Positions 50,832 to 61,651 of a DNA stretch of 64,000 bases are shown piece after piece (within the stretch, counting starts at the first letter, position 1; each line of letters opens with the position of its first letter). Origin of the DNA: Nitrososphaeria archaeon. GTDB taxonomy: Archaea; Thermoproteota; Nitrososphaeria; Geothermarchaeales; JDFR-13. The notes under the pieces were generated by a model that was not told the origin of the DNA, did not search any database, and was given only the letters and a program-made list of their open reading frames with translations. Position numbers and translations under genes: made by a program. The stretch spans positions 1,024,001 to 1,088,000 of the forward strand of contig JALWXN010000004.1 of assembly GCA_027078545.1 (NCBI GenBank). The letters are read 5' to 3'.

Positions 50832-52082
50832 CTACTCCCTCATCACCTCCCTCTCAACCTCTACACCGGCCTCCCTGATAACCTTCTCAAAGAACATCCC
50901 GAGCCGCTTAACACCCTCCCTAATAGTGTCCGGCGTGGGTAGGCTGAAGCTTAGGCGGAGAGTATTCTTACCAGAACCATCGGCGTAGAAGCCCTCCCCA
51001 GGCACATAGGCAACCTTGACCTCCTCGATCGCCCTATAGAGAAGCTCCATAGCGTCGAGCCCCCTAGGCAGGTAGGTGAAGAAGAAGAACCCTGCGTCGG
51101 GCTCGACCCAGTCGATGGCGCGGGGCATATACTCCCTCATAGCCTCGGCCATAGCATCCCTCTTAACACTGTAGACCTCCCTGATCCTACCGATGTTAGA
51201 GTCGATCCACCTGTTACGTAGGAAGTACTCCACAACGAACTGGTTGAAGGGAGGTGCACAGAGGGTGGTGCCCTGCTTAGCCAGGACGACCCTCCTAACG
51301 ACCTCCTCCGACGCGGCCAGCCAGCCCAGCCTGAAGCCAGGGGCGAAGATCTTGCTGAAGGTCGATAGATAGATGACCCTATCCCCGCCGTCAAGGGTTA
51401 TTAGGCGGGGCGGAACCCTGTCATAGGTTATGAAGCCATAGGGATCATCCTCCACGATGTAGAAGTCATACCTCTCAGCCAGCTCCAAGAGGTGCTTCCT
51501 CCTATCAAGGGGTAACACACTCCCTAGAGGGTTGTGGCCAGTAGGTATGGTATAGACAAACTTGAGGTACCCCCCATCACTATAGAGACGGCGGAGCCTC
51601 TTCTCAAGGGCATGTACATCCATACCCTTCTTATCAGTCGGGACGGTTATGTAGCGGGGTCTCCAGATGTTAAACACCTGTAGAGCAGCTATATAGGTGG
51701 GGAGCTCCACAGCTACCCAGCTATTCCTATCGAGGAATAGCCTAGCTATAACGTCGAGGCTCTCCTGGCTCCCCACAGAGACAACTATATTCTCTGGCGA
51801 GAGCTTTACACTCATCATCCTAAGCATAAAAGCCGCTATCTGCTTCCTGAACGAGGGGAGTCCCTCCGTGGTACCATACTGGAAAGCCTTCTCATAATTG
51901 GTGAGGGCATACTCAACAGCCTCCTGGAAATTCTCGACCCTGGGGAAGGTCTTCGGATCAGGGGCCCCACCAGCGAAGCTGATAACGTCCTGCTGGAGGA
52001 AGCTGAGAAGCTCACGTATAATGTTCGACCTAAGCCCCAGCATCTGCTCCGAGAGGAATTTCTCATTCAAGTCGCGACTCAT
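50832..52082 (-). CDS. Class I PLP aminotransferase (2-aminoadipate/aromatic type)
   Basis: ISFAGGAPD, QYGTTEG, HNPLG, EDDPY, STFSKIFAPGFRLGW. Confidence 0.93.
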   Translation of the reverse strand: MSRDLNEKFLSEQMLGLRSNIIRELLSFLQQDVISFAGGAPDPKTFPRVENFQEAVEYALTNYEKAFQYGTTEGLPSFRKQIAAFMLRMMSVKLSPENIVVSVGSQESLDVIARLFLDRNSWVAVELPTYIAALQVFNIWRPRYITVPTDKKGMDVHALEKRLRRLYSDGGYLKFVYTIPTGHNPLGSVLPLDRRKHLLELAERYDFYIVEDDPYGFITYDRVPPRLITLDGGDRVIYLSTFSKIFAPGFRLGWLAASEEVVRRVVLAKQGTTLCAPPFNQFVVEYFLRNRWIDSNIGRIREVYSVKRDAMAEAMREYMPRAIDWVEPDAGFFFFTYLPRGLDAMELLYRAIEEVKVAYVPGEGFYADGSGKNTLRLSFSLPTPDTIREGVKRLGMFFEKVIREAGVEVEREVMRE

Positions 52083-52146
52083 CTCACAAACTATATTTAA
52101 CCCATACCGAATTAAAGCGGCGTCCCAACAGTATATACTTAATATA

Positions 52147-52210
52147 GTGATGAGGATAGGTCTGACTGAGCCCCCTCGACAGGGGCGGTGATGACGCTTG
52201 GCTTCACTGA
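52147..52210 (+). ncRNA. Archaeal box C/D 2'-O-methylation guide sRNA
   Basis: C GTGATGA 52147-53; 12-nt guide; D' CTGA 52166-69; GC hairpin; C' GTGATGA 52188-94; 12-nt guide; D CTGA 52207-10; intergenic, AT-rich upstream. Confidence 0.9.
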
Positions 52211-52212
52211 TG

Positions 52213-53520
52213 CTAGAGCCTCATCAGGGAGAATAGCCACGCAGGCAGGACCCAGACCTCCATATCGCCATACCTATGAACCTCCATAGTCTCCTTGACT
52301 ACTAGGAAGCCCCAGTCACCACCCAGCCTCTTAAGGGCGTTAGCCACCTTCTTAACATCCCTCTTACTAGCCCTCTTCACATACCTAACCAGTATCGGTA
52401 TATAGCCCTCGCCAGACTCGTATACAAGGACTGCGGAGCCACTCGCCCTCTTCATATACGCCTTCACACCCCTCTCCATGATGATGTGGCTCTCCACCAC
52501 AGCACTCATAAAGACCTCGTCATCCATCATCTCCGGATGGAGAGCCAGTGGATACGCAGGGGTATAGGGATAGATCCTAGGCATCTTACGGCTCTCCTGG
52601 CCACGCCCAACCATATGCCTAATAGTCCTGATCATGAATGCATGCTCAAGGCTCTTGACATAGCTAGTCACGGTCCTGATATCCTTACCAATAGCCTCGG
52701 CCAACTCGTTATAATTCACCTGGATACCGGGCTCGTAGCAGAGCATGGTGAGGAGCTTATCAGCTATCTTAGGCTTCTTCCTCCTACCCGCCCTTGGGAG
52801 GTATTTATAGATCTGGGTATCCATCATCACCTTCAACCAGTTCCTCACACCACTATCATCAACCGATAGGTCGAGCCTCGGGAAGCCACCCCTTATAAGA
52901 TACTTCGTATAGAGGACGTCATAGTCCAGATGCTCTATATAGAAGTCCCTAACCCCATAGACATCCCTCTCCAGGATGGGGGCCTCGAAGTCATGGTACT
53001 CCAGGAACTCCCTGAAGCTCAGCGGGGAGAGCTGGTATACAACGGGCTCTACACCCCAGTCGATCTCCCTATTAGGGAGGTAGCTAGAGACGAGGACCAT
53101 GTGGAGATTCTTGACATCACCCCTAGACATCAACTCCCTGATCACTGTTTGACAGTCAGGCATGAGGAGGAACTCATCTATGAAGACGTAGATCTCCTCA
53201 CCTGTACGTATCTTCTCGAAGAAGTAGTTGATCGCCTCGGAGGGGGAGTAGCCCTCCTGGTCACAGGGGACATGGACCATAGACGTGCCGGGCACAACCC
53301 GGGCCAGCTCATCCATCAAATACTTTAGTAGGGTCGTCTTACCCACGCCTAGCGGGCCATATATGATGACGAGCCTCCTCTCAAGGACATCACGGAGAAT
53401 CTTCTTGAAGACCTCCCTCCTATAGGCTACATGTGTCAATACACTCCTACCCTCCCACTGGACGTTATCCCTCTGGATACCTGAGAGGGACATATCATCC
53501 CTCCTCATCCCAGGAGACAC
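52213..53520 (-). CDS. AAA+ ATPase (AAA_14 plus DUF4143-like)
   Basis: GPLGVGKTT, FIDE, PLSFREF, YLIRGGFP, winged helix; C-terminal nuclease-like tail looks degenerate. Confidence 0.82.
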   Translation of the reverse strand: MSPGMRRDDMSLSGIQRDNVQWEGRSVLTHVAYRREVFKKILRDVLERRLVIIYGPLGVGKTTLLKYLMDELARVVPGTSMVHVPCDQEGYSPSEAINYFFEKIRTGEEIYVFIDEFLLMPDCQTVIRELMSRGDVKNLHMVLVSSYLPNREIDWGVEPVVYQLSPLSFREFLEYHDFEAPILERDVYGVRDFYIEHLDYDVLYTKYLIRGGFPRLDLSVDDSGVRNWLKVMMDTQIYKYLPRAGRRKKPKIADKLLTMLCYEPGIQVNYNELAEAIGKDIRTVTSYVKSLEHAFMIRTIRHMVGRGQESRKMPRIYPYTPAYPLALHPEMMDDEVFMSAVVESHIIMERGVKAYMKRASGSAVLVYESGEGYIPILVRYVKRASKRDVKKVANALKRLGGDWGFLVVKETMEVHRYGDMEVWVLPAWLFSLMRL

Positions 53521-53601
53521 CCATATCTTGTAAGTCCGCCCCGAGATATAATTTAAAAACGTGGAGAAGCCAAACTAAATACGTCACCCTCCCCCAGGTG
53601 T

Positions 53602-54171
53602 ATGGATATGCCCTACATAGAGGTTGACGACCCCTTCTACAGAGTCCTACACCCCAGACCCGCATACCTAATAGTCAGTGGCAGGGGCGACGACGTCAAT
53701 ATAATGGCGGCCAGCTGGGTAATGCCCATAAGCGAGGAGCCATGGACAGTCGGCCTAGCACTAGACCGTGAGACCTACACCTATGGACTCGTCAAGAAAT
53801 ATGGAGAATTCACTGTAAACGTGGTCACCATAGACGAGGTTGACCTGGTATACTACGTCGGCCACGTCAGTAAATATGAGGTCGACAAGATCAGGGAGAG
53901 GGGGATAGAGCTGGAGCCTTCGAAGGAGGTCGAGACCCCACACTACAAGGGGGCTATAGGATACCTGGAATGTAGGGTAGCAAAGATGATACCAGTGGGC
54001 GAGGTAGACCTAGTCATAGGAGAGGTCCTAGGGGCATATGCAGATAAGGATCTATTCACCCGATACGGCTGGGACCTCAGGAGGACGAAGATACTGATGC
54101 AGAACATTGGGAGGGGCTTCACAACCAACGAGTCCAGGGTCTACTACGCCTCCAAGGGTGGAGAAGGGTGA
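53602..54171 (+). CDS. Flavin reductase / flavoredoxin family protein
   Basis: HPRP, NIMAASW.MPIS..P, EFTVN, LECRV, IGEV. Confidence 0.88.
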   Translation: MDMPYIEVDDPFYRVLHPRPAYLIVSGRGDDVNIMAASWVMPISEEPWTVGLALDRETYTYGLVKKYGEFTVNVVTIDEVDLVYYVGHVSKYEVDKIRERGIELEPSKEVETPHYKGAIGYLECRVAKMIPVGEVDLVIGEVLGAYADKDLFTRYGWDLRRTKILMQNIGRGFTTNESRVYYASKGGEG

Positions 54172-55289
54172 AGTACATAGAGACGATATTCAGCAACGTC
54201 TCCAGCATCCCGGCCGGGGAGATCAACAAGCTACACAGATCCCTACTCGAGGCCGACCTAGTCATACCCTACGGCTCGGGGAGGAGCTACTCATCCCTAA
54301 AGATACCCATGAGCCAATACGCGAAGCTGGACGACGCACCAGTAGTCCTGACACCGGAGGACACAGGCTTCCCAGGGAACGATATGTACGAGGCCCTGGA
54401 GAGGCTTACAAAGAAGTATGGCAGGATAGTCATGATCGTAAACTCTGGGAGCGGGGAGAGCTACGAGCCACTCGTACTGGCGAGGGACTTCGCCAGCTAC
54501 AGGGAGGAGGAGGGGCTAGAGGATAGGCTGGAGCTCTACGTAGTCACCTCTAACCCCCGGAGCAGCCTCGGGAGACTGGGGGAGAGGTATGGAGGGGTTA
54601 TCCACCTCCCCGGGGCTGAGAGGATAGAGATCGACTACCCAACAACGGGGATAATGGGCGACGTATTCGAGCTGGGAAGCCTACTCCTATTCCACACACT
54701 AGTCAGGATGAGGTATGAAGGCGTGGATAGCCATAGATCCATACTAGACACCTACATATCAAGGATAAGGGAGCTGATAGAGGAGCACGTGGAGTCGGAG
54801 GAGTATTCAAGGGTCCTCGACATACTCGAGAGGAGGAGCAACGTCTTCATAGGGGGTAGGGGAAGCGCCTACGAAGTAGCTACCATGCTAGTCATCAGGC
54901 TGAACCACATCAAATACGCTATCGGCGACCATGTATACAGGGCCAGGGGCTCAAACACGCCTAGGCCGAGGAAGGGGGACCTAGGCATACTCATATCATG
55001 CAGCGGCGAGACACCAGCAGTGATAAAATGGGCGGAGGACTTCACAAGGATAGGGATAGACATATTCTCCATAATAGGTAGGAGAGGCTCCACACTGGAG
55101 AGATATACAAAGTACTGCATAGTCCTAACCGAGTGTGAGGGCTACAGGATGGGGATCCCCAGGGACTTCTACCTATACGCATCCTTCCTACTAAGCCCAC
55201 TACCCATAAAGCTGATAACCAGGCTAAAGGAGAGGGGGCTAGTCCTCCCCGAGTCGATACTGAAGTACTACCACAGCATCATGGAGTAG
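54168..55289 (+). CDS. Tandem SIS-domain sugar-phosphate isomerase-like protein (PHI-like)
   Basis: YGSGRS, NSGSGES, TSNPRSSLG, MGDVFE; second repeat GGRGS, ISCSGET. Confidence 0.75.
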   Translation: MKYIETIFSNVSSIPAGEINKLHRSLLEADLVIPYGSGRSYSSLKIPMSQYAKLDDAPVVLTPEDTGFPGNDMYEALERLTKKYGRIVMIVNSGSGESYEPLVLARDFASYREEEGLEDRLELYVVTSNPRSSLGRLGERYGGVIHLPGAERIEIDYPTTGIMGDVFELGSLLLFHTLVRMRYEGVDSHRSILDTYISRIRELIEEHVESEEYSRVLDILERRSNVFIGGRGSAYEVATMLVIRLNHIKYAIGDHVYRARGSNTPRPRKGDLGILISCSGETPAVIKWAEDFTRIGIDIFSIIGRRGSTLERYTKYCIVLTECEGYRMGIPRDFYLYASFLLSPLPIKLITRLKERGLVLPESILKYYHSIME

Positions 55290-55293
55290 CTGG

Positions 55294-55830
55294 CTAGACC
55301 TTCACGACGTTATGCATATGCTTGATCAGGGCCTCAGTCCTCCTCCTATGCATAGGGTCATACGCAACGAAGATCGGCGCCTCCTCCCCGCCGAGGAACG
55401 TATTCCCGATGAAGGTCTTGGCCTTCCTCAGATACCTGAGGAAGTTATCCAGCTCGCTCCCGAGGAGGTATATATAGAGGTCATTAACCACGAGTATATC
55501 CCTATCAGAGCTCATAAAGTCGTTGAAGAACTCCTCCGCAACCCTGACATTCTTCTCGAAGACTCTATTCATCGCGGAGGGATCAGACGAGATGTTCGGG
55601 ACCTGGATCTCCCTCGAATACCTATAGATAGCGTTCTTAAATCCATAGATGAACTTAGAGAGCCTCATCCCAACCCCCTTGGACTGTGGGGCCAGGTCGA
55701 TGATGTATATCCTGTCGTCCAGCCCCCTCCGGATAAGCTCCCTCACAATCTCGGAGGTATACTTAGTCCTCCCACGCCCCGAGTCCGACAGGATGATCGT
55801 GTATCGATCGAGGAGCAGATCCACATTCAT
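55294..55830 (-). CDS. Hypothetical protein with degenerate P-loop
   Basis: TIILSDSGRGRTK, IIDLAP, LVVND; start reassigned to ATG 55830. Confidence 0.6.
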   Translation of the reverse strand: MNVDLLLDRYTIILSDSGRGRTKYTSEIVRELIRRGLDDRIYIIDLAPQSKGVGMRLSKFIYGFKNAIYRYSREIQVPNISSDPSAMNRVFEKNVRVAEEFFNDFMSSDRDILVVNDLYIYLLGSELDNFLRYLRKAKTFIGNTFLGGEEAPIFVAYDPMHRRRTEALIKHMHNVVKV

Positions 55831-55954
55831 CTCTATAACATATGAAAATATGTTTCTACGAAAATAAGGTTGGGCCCCCAAAGCGGCCTAGAGATAGGCC
55901 CCAAGATATAGTTGCCATGCCTATCCATTGATTATCCAGGCGGTGTAGGAGGGG

Positions 55955-56581
55955 ATGCTGAGCCAGCTGGTGGACTATATTGTTGATAGGATTGTGGAGC
56001 TGGACTGGATGGCGGTGGCACTGGGAGTCCTTATAGAGACGATAATAGTCCCGATACCAAGCCCATTAATACCCATGGCCGCAGGCTTCGCCCTACTAAG
56101 CAGGGCCGAGGGCATAGGCTTCATAGCAACACTATTCATAAAGATCGGGCTGGTAGGGGCGGCCACAGCCACCCTGGCAAACCTACCCTTCTACTACATC
56201 GGGCTGAAGGGTGGGGAGCCCGTCATGAGGAGGATGTCCCGCTGGATAGGTGTGGACGAGGAGGAGATCGAGAAGGCCGTGAAGCTTATCGGTGGTGGGA
56301 GGCCTACACACCTCATCATCTATAGGGCCCTACCCATAATGCCCCTCTCCCTAGTCTCACTAGCCACCGGTGCGCTACGGAGGAGTACGAGGGAGTTCAC
56401 CCTATACACCTTCACCGGCTGCCTACCGAGATACGTATTCCTAGGATACCTGGGATGGGTGATGCAGGACCTCTACATGGAGATGGCAGACCTACTCGAC
56501 AGCCTAGAGACAGCCACGATAGTCTTAATAATCCTAGCCGCCGGAACATATATTCTCGTGAAGAGGCTCCTGAGGAGGTGA
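55955..56581 (+). CDS. DedA/VTT-family membrane protein
   Basis: IETIIVPIPS....AGF, YYIG..GG, R.LP, FT.YT..G..PR. Confidence 0.85.
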   Translation: MLSQLVDYIVDRIVELDWMAVALGVLIETIIVPIPSPLIPMAAGFALLSRAEGIGFIATLFIKIGLVGAATATLANLPFYYIGLKGGEPVMRRMSRWIGVDEEEIEKAVKLIGGGRPTHLIIYRALPIMPLSLVSLATGALRRSTREFTLYTFTGCLPRYVFLGYLGWVMQDLYMEMADLLDSLETATIVLIILAAGTYILVKRLLRR

Positions 56582-56587
56582 AGACGT

Positions 56588-56803
56588 ATGGAGAAGCCCA
56601 GCCCAATAGTCTATAAACCCGGAACAGGCGGATTGAAGACCAGGAAGGGGAGGGGATTCTCCCTAGGCGAGCTTAGAGAGGCCGGTATAGACCTAAACAC
56701 GGCCAAGAAGCTGGGGATATACGTTGATATGAGGAGGAAGAGCATCCATAAAGAGAATGTGGAGGCTCTGAAGAAGTACCTCGAGGAGCTCAAGAGACAA
56801 TAG
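56588..56803 (+). CDS. rpl13e: 50S ribosomal protein L13e
   Basis: [30 protein letters not shown]. Confidence 0.93.
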   Translation: MEKPSPIVYKPGTGGLKTRKGRGFSLGELREAGIDLNTAKKLGIYVDMRRKSIHKENVEALKKYLEELKRQ

Positions 56804-57941
56804 CCTTGGCGAGCTTAAATGCTACTCCGGGAGCCTTCAACAACCTCCTCACAACACCCATCACATCCTCCCCATTAGCAATCTTCACAATGTCGTCCGG
56901 CTCCAAGACATCCGCCAGCTTATTCAGCTCCTCGTCAGACAGCTTCTCCAGGAAGCGCATAGCCTTCAAGCTATAACGTATCTTCTTACCCCACGGATCC
57001 TCATACCTCTCCACCCAGCGGGCTAGGGACGCCTCACTAGTATCCCCCTCGAGGACAGCGTCGGCAGCAGTCTCACCAGCCACGAGGCCCGCCACACCCG
57101 ATGGATGCATACCAGCACCCGTCAGGGGCATGACGGTACCAGCTGCGTCGCCTACAAGTATAAAGCCGTCGCCATAGGGCTTACTGATCATCCCACCTAT
57201 CGGGACCGGCGCACCCCTATAGTCGATCACCTGGGCACCCCCGAGCCAGTCACTATGCTCCTTCACAAACTTATCTAGGTAATACTTCGCACTCCCACCC
57301 CTGACGCCCACACCTACCTCGGCCACCTTATCACTCTTGGGGAAGATCCATGCATAGCCCCTTGGAGCCACCTCGCTCCCAAGGTAGAAATACGCTATGT
57401 CGGGCTCATCCAGCCTAACATTAGCCATGAGGTAGATAAGCGTCGGTATAGGCTCACTCTTCTCCCTGACACCCAGCGACTTAGCCACTACGCTGTGGTA
57501 GCCATCAGCACCTATAACCACCTTCGCCGTATAGACACCATACTTAGTCTTAACCTTCATCACACCATCCACACGGGAGACCGCCTCGACAGGCTCCCTC
57601 ACCCGTATATGGGCCCCATTCTCGGCAGCCTTCAGGGCGAGCTCCTGCAGATACATCGTCTTGTTGATCGAGTACGTCTCGGCGAAGCCTATATCGATAT
57701 ACTTCCCGTTCGGGGCATATACCCTGGGGATAACCTTATGCAGGACTATATAGGGCTTCGGATCAATACCCAGGTCCTTGAAAGTACCTATACTCGTAGC
57801 CTCTCCACAGGGCTTCTTAGCCATGATAGTCTCGTTCTTCTCTATAAGGAGGGTCTTAACACCCTTCTCAGCAGCCTTCATAGCAGCAGGGATACCAGCT
57901 GGCCCAGCACCGACAACGATGACGTCATAATCGGTGGACAT
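56790..57941 (-). CDS. Geranylgeranyl reductase family FAD oxidoreductase
   Basis: [35 protein letters not shown]. Confidence 0.9.
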   Translation of the reverse strand: MSTDYDVIVVGAGPAGIPAAMKAAEKGVKTLLIEKNETIMAKKPCGEATSIGTFKDLGIDPKPYIVLHKVIPRVYAPNGKYIDIGFAETYSINKTMYLQELALKAAENGAHIRVREPVEAVSRVDGVMKVKTKYGVYTAKVVIGADGYHSVVAKSLGVREKSEPIPTLIYLMANVRLDEPDIAYFYLGSEVAPRGYAWIFPKSDKVAEVGVGVRGGSAKYYLDKFVKEHSDWLGGAQVIDYRGAPVPIGGMISKPYGDGFILVGDAAGTVMPLTGAGMHPSGVAGLVAGETAADAVLEGDTSEASLARWVERYEDPWGKKIRYSLKAMRFLEKLSDEELNKLADVLEPDDIVKIANGEDVMGVVRRLLKAPGVAFKLAKAIVS

Positions 57942-58019
57942 AGTATTGATTTTCCCACTACCCAGTATTTTAAGGGGGGAATATTCAGCCCAGCCCCTTA
58001 CATATACATCCTAATACGT

Positions 58020-60392
58020 CTAGCCACCCACCGAGCCAGAGTTCTCAACAACCTGGAGCCTAGACACCTCACCCTCCCTATAAACCTCCACAACACTCTT
58101 AAAGACATCTGACACCCGGATCTCGAAGTCATGGGTTATGACTATCACCTGGCTAAGGAGTCCATTATTGATCAGCTCCTCGATCGTCTCCAAGACAGCA
58201 TTCTTCTTCTCCCTATCCAGATGTGGGAATGCCTCGTCGAAGACCATGAAGTCGAGTGTGTAGGACTTCCCACCCAGCTGGGAGATCAGGCTCCCAAGCC
58301 CCAGTCTAAAGGCTAGGCCGAGGACAGTGACCTCACCCCCACTCAACGTGTTTATCTCCCTCTTCCTATTCCCCTCTAAGACCTCGATCTTCACACCATG
58401 CTCAGTAGTCCTTAGATTAATCCTGAATAGGCTCGACATTCCCTCTAGGAAGATGTTTATCATCCGCTCAAGGCTGGGCACGACAACGTTGTTGACGAAA
58501 TAGTTGGGGAATCCCCTCTCAGCAAATACCTTGTCCAACACCTCCAGGACCTCTATCTCCGAAGTTACTTCCTCGAACCTCCTCCTCTTCTCGACATACT
58601 CGCCATACTTTTTGCGCATCTCATCCACGTCTTTAAGCCTCTCACTAAGAACCCCCATCTCTCTCTGAAGCTCAGCCATCTTCTCCTCAAGACTTTTGAT
58701 ATTATTCTTAATCTCTCTAATCCTCGACCTCCCCTCCTCGATCAGCTTTCCCAGCCCATCTAGCATATCATCCGTGAGGCCGAGTTCATCCATCTTTTTA
58801 TCCAATGTCTCCTTGAGGCTCTCCAGCCTACCCATCTCTTTCCCAAGGTGTCCCAACACCTTCCTAGCCCTCTTAGCCCTAGAGAGCCTCTCCACCAACC
58901 CATTCCTAAAGCTCGTGAGATCCCTATGCAGAGTGGGGCTGATCATGATCCCCAGCCTATCAGCCTCCTTAACAAGCCTCTCCAAGAGTGTCTTTGAAAG
59001 CTCTCCAGGCCTCTCTATCAACCCATCAATATCTACCACACCTATTTCCGAGAGGATGTCTCCATACCCATCCTTGATCGACTTTATACTATTGCCATAC
59101 TCCCCCTCCTTATTGCTGATCGTCTTTTCCAGATTCCTCGCGGTCTTCAGCCTCTTATTCAGGGCCTCATATGTATCTTTAAGCCTTGGGATCCTCTCGT
59201 CGAGCTCCTTTATCTGCTCCATATAGCTATTTATCAAGCTCTCCCTATGCTCCTCAGTTAGCTCCGACCCGCATACTGGACACTTATCACCAGCCTTCCT
59301 AAGCTCCTCCACCCCCTTCTCCAACTGCCTCTTGATAGCCTTCATGGCCGAGATATTCTCTAGGACTTGGGACAGCTCTTCGCTAAGCTCATCTATAGAC
59401 CTTCCATTAGTCACTCTTTCCAGTCTCTCCCTAAGCCTCGTCAGCTCATCACGGATCGACTTGGCCCTCTCAATACTCGATACCAGTGAGATATAGTCAT
59501 CAACCTTCTCCACCAGCATCTCTATATCCTCAATCAGGGTATCTAACTCGTCCAGCACAATGTCTCTATACTCCTCTGGGAGCTCCCTCCTCCTCCCCTC
59601 TATCTGGGTCTCTAAACTCTTCACATTTCTGTAGAGAGCCTCAACATCGCTCATCTTCCTAATCCTATCTTCTAGGTCACTATTCTCCTCTCTAAGCTCC
59701 TCGAGCTGCTTCTCCACATTCTCCAACTCCTTTTCCTTAGACCTCAGCTCAGCCTTGATGGTCTCCTCATACTCCTTTATGGCTTCAAGGGTTACCTCCT
59801 CTATCCCATTGGCGCGGAACCATCCCTTCAACTCATCTATCTTTCTCTGTAGCTCCTCCCTCTCCTCTCCTAGACTCTTGAGATCCTCTGTAACCCTATC
59901 CCTCACCCTGTTGAAGAAGTTTATGTCCAGGATCTCTATGAGGAGGCCCCTCAACTCTCTCTCCTTCATGTATAGGGGATCCTCGGTCCTACCCTGCCTA
60001 ACAATATAGGTCTTTAGGAGCGAATCATAGATATGCCCGGTCAGCTCTTCGAAGCTGGGGGCCTTCCTCGTTGAGCTACCTATAGCCATATTCCCCCTAC
60101 CATTGTCGAAGATGTATACCGACCCATCGTCCGAGACCAGCTCTACTACTGCCTTCGCCTCATACTCTCCACCTAGGTGGTATCTACTCGCCAGCCTCTT
60201 TACACCCGACTCCCTTCCATACGCCTTTCTCATAGCCCCATAGGTGAGGGCGTCTACGAAGAACGTAGTCTTACCCGCCCCGTTATGCCCAAGAACTAGT
60301 ATCGGCTGGCCTAGGCCATCGATATCCAGCTCCTCTAAGGTATATAGTCCGAAGTTCTCGACCCGTATCCTACCAAGCCTGAGCTTAGACAC
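58020..60392 (-). CDS. rad50: Rad50/SbcC SMC-like ATPase
   Basis: GHNGAGKTT, Q-loop VRQG, coiled coil with CPVCG zinc hook, LSGGE, FDE, ITH. Confidence 0.92.
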   Translation of the reverse strand: MSKLRLGRIRVENFGLYTLEELDIDGLGQPILVLGHNGAGKTTFFVDALTYGAMRKAYGRESGVKRLASRYHLGGEYEAKAVVELVSDDGSVYIFDNGRGNMAIGSSTRKAPSFEELTGHIYDSLLKTYIVRQGRTEDPLYMKERELRGLLIEILDINFFNRVRDRVTEDLKSLGEEREELQRKIDELKGWFRANGIEEVTLEAIKEYEETIKAELRSKEKELENVEKQLEELREENSDLEDRIRKMSDVEALYRNVKSLETQIEGRRRELPEEYRDIVLDELDTLIEDIEMLVEKVDDYISLVSSIERAKSIRDELTRLRERLERVTNGRSIDELSEELSQVLENISAMKAIKRQLEKGVEELRKAGDKCPVCGSELTEEHRESLINSYMEQIKELDERIPRLKDTYEALNKRLKTARNLEKTISNKEGEYGNSIKSIKDGYGDILSEIGVVDIDGLIERPGELSKTLLERLVKEADRLGIMISPTLHRDLTSFRNGLVERLSRAKRARKVLGHLGKEMGRLESLKETLDKKMDELGLTDDMLDGLGKLIEEGRSRIREIKNNIKSLEEKMAELQREMGVLSERLKDVDEMRKKYGEYVEKRRRFEEVTSEIEVLEVLDKVFAERGFPNYFVNNVVVPSLERMINIFLEGMSSLFRINLRTTEHGVKIEVLEGNRKREINTLSGGEVTVLGLAFRLGLGSLISQLGGKSYTLDFMVFDEAFPHLDREKKNAVLETIEELINNGLLSQVIVITHDFEIRVSDVFKSVVEVYREGEVSRLQVVENSGSVGG

Positions 60393-61651
60393 TACCTCCT
60401 CCCCTCCTCCAAATATTTAAGGGCGGCCTCGACCACCCTCCTCCTAAAACCTTCATCCCTATTCCCTAGGAGACCCTCAATATATCTCTTGAGTGCCTCC
60501 TCTATACTCTCGATGGTGGTTTCTCCACTCCTCTCCACTGCCTTGCTACCCATGAATCTCGACCTTATCTTCAGTGCCCAGCCGCCACCCTCTGTCAGGA
60601 GGTCCCTAAGCTCCTTCCTGACCTCGTCTATCCACTCTAGGAGGTCGGGTTTCCAGTAGGATAGGTGTAGACTCACCATTGCTCCCTCCAGCTTATCGAT
60701 CCCTTTCACCACATTATCCACAACCTCTTGTGGGCTGGAGTACTCGTCGAGCTCCATCCTGAAGATGTACATATTCATGGTATCTACTGGTACCTTCTCA
60801 ACCCTTGGGCTACCCCCGGTGAGCTCCACGTCTAGGAAGACCTTCTCGTCACCAGCCTCGGAGAATCTTAGCTTGTTCAGACTCCCCGAGTAGTATGCGG
60901 GGTACTCACCAATCCTCTGGGTTACATGGATATGCCCCAGAGCTGCATAGTCAAATTCTCCAAGCCTCAGATCCCTGGTGTATATCTCCGGGATGATCTT
61001 GACACCCGGATCCATAGCCTCAACCTCCACCTTCCCAAACAGTCTCGTGAATCTCACCCTGTCCACCTGTACATGTCCAAGGAGGATCTTGTACCTCCCC
61101 TTGGCACTCCTGAGCTGGCGCTCCAGGTATTGATAGGTGTCCTTCCTCCAATCCGTGTCTTGATCCTTGTAGGGTACTACGTAGGGGAGGGGTATTATCG
61201 AGGCGTCCCCGTGCTCAATACCGACGAAGTCCTCGCTGTAGAACCTCTCGGGATCCGGATACACGTCGAAGTAGCGTATGTGGTCGGATATCCTCCTGGT
61301 GAAGATGGCTAGGCTTGACCTGGAGACCTCCCTAGTAGCCACGTCATGGTTCCCTGCCACGATATACACATTTATCCTGTTATCGACAGCCCTCTCCAAG
61401 AACTCCGCTAGGCGGCGTTGGTAGATAAGGCTAGTCCTAACATCATCGAAGACATCCCCAGCTATGAGTATAACGTCTATACCCCTCTCCACAGCATAGT
61501 CCAACGCCCTATCCATGTTTGAGAGTGTCACATCATTTATCCTCCTCATCAAGCCCTCCACGCCACCCTGGATATTAGGGAGTATCTCTACCCCCCTATG
61601 GGTGAAGCCCAGGTGTAGATCCGCCATATGTAGGAACCTCATACCCACCAC
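60392..61651 (-). CDS. mre11: Mre11/SbcD nuclease
   Basis: ADLHLG, AGDVFD, GNHD, ALGHIH, YSGSL. Confidence 0.92.
   Translation of the reverse strand: MVGMRFLHMADLHLGFTHRGVEILPNIQGGVEGLMRRINDVTLSNMDRALDYAVERGIDVILIAGDVFDDVRTSLIYQRRLAEFLERAVDNRINVYIVAGNHDVATREVSRSSLAIFTRRISDHIRYFDVYPDPERFYSEDFVGIEHGDASIIPLPYVVPYKDQDTDWRKDTYQYLERQLRSAKGRYKILLGHVQVDRVRFTRLFGKVEVEAMDPGVKIIPEIYTRDLRLGEFDYAALGHIHVTQRIGEYPAYYSGSLNKLRFSEAGDEKVFLDVELTGGSPRVEKVPVDTMNMYIFRMELDEYSSPQEVVDNVVKGIDKLEGAMVSLHLSYWKPDLLEWIDEVRKELRDLLTEGGGWALKIRSRFMGSKAVERSGETTIESIEEALKRYIEGLLGNRDEGFRRRVVEAALKYLEEGRR

Noticed and set aside
55869-55907. GGCCTA-GAGA-TAGGCC GNRA hairpin as a possible H/ACA RNA
   Set aside because: No bipartite pseudouridylation pocket, K-turn or correctly spaced ACA; a single short hairpin is expected by chance.
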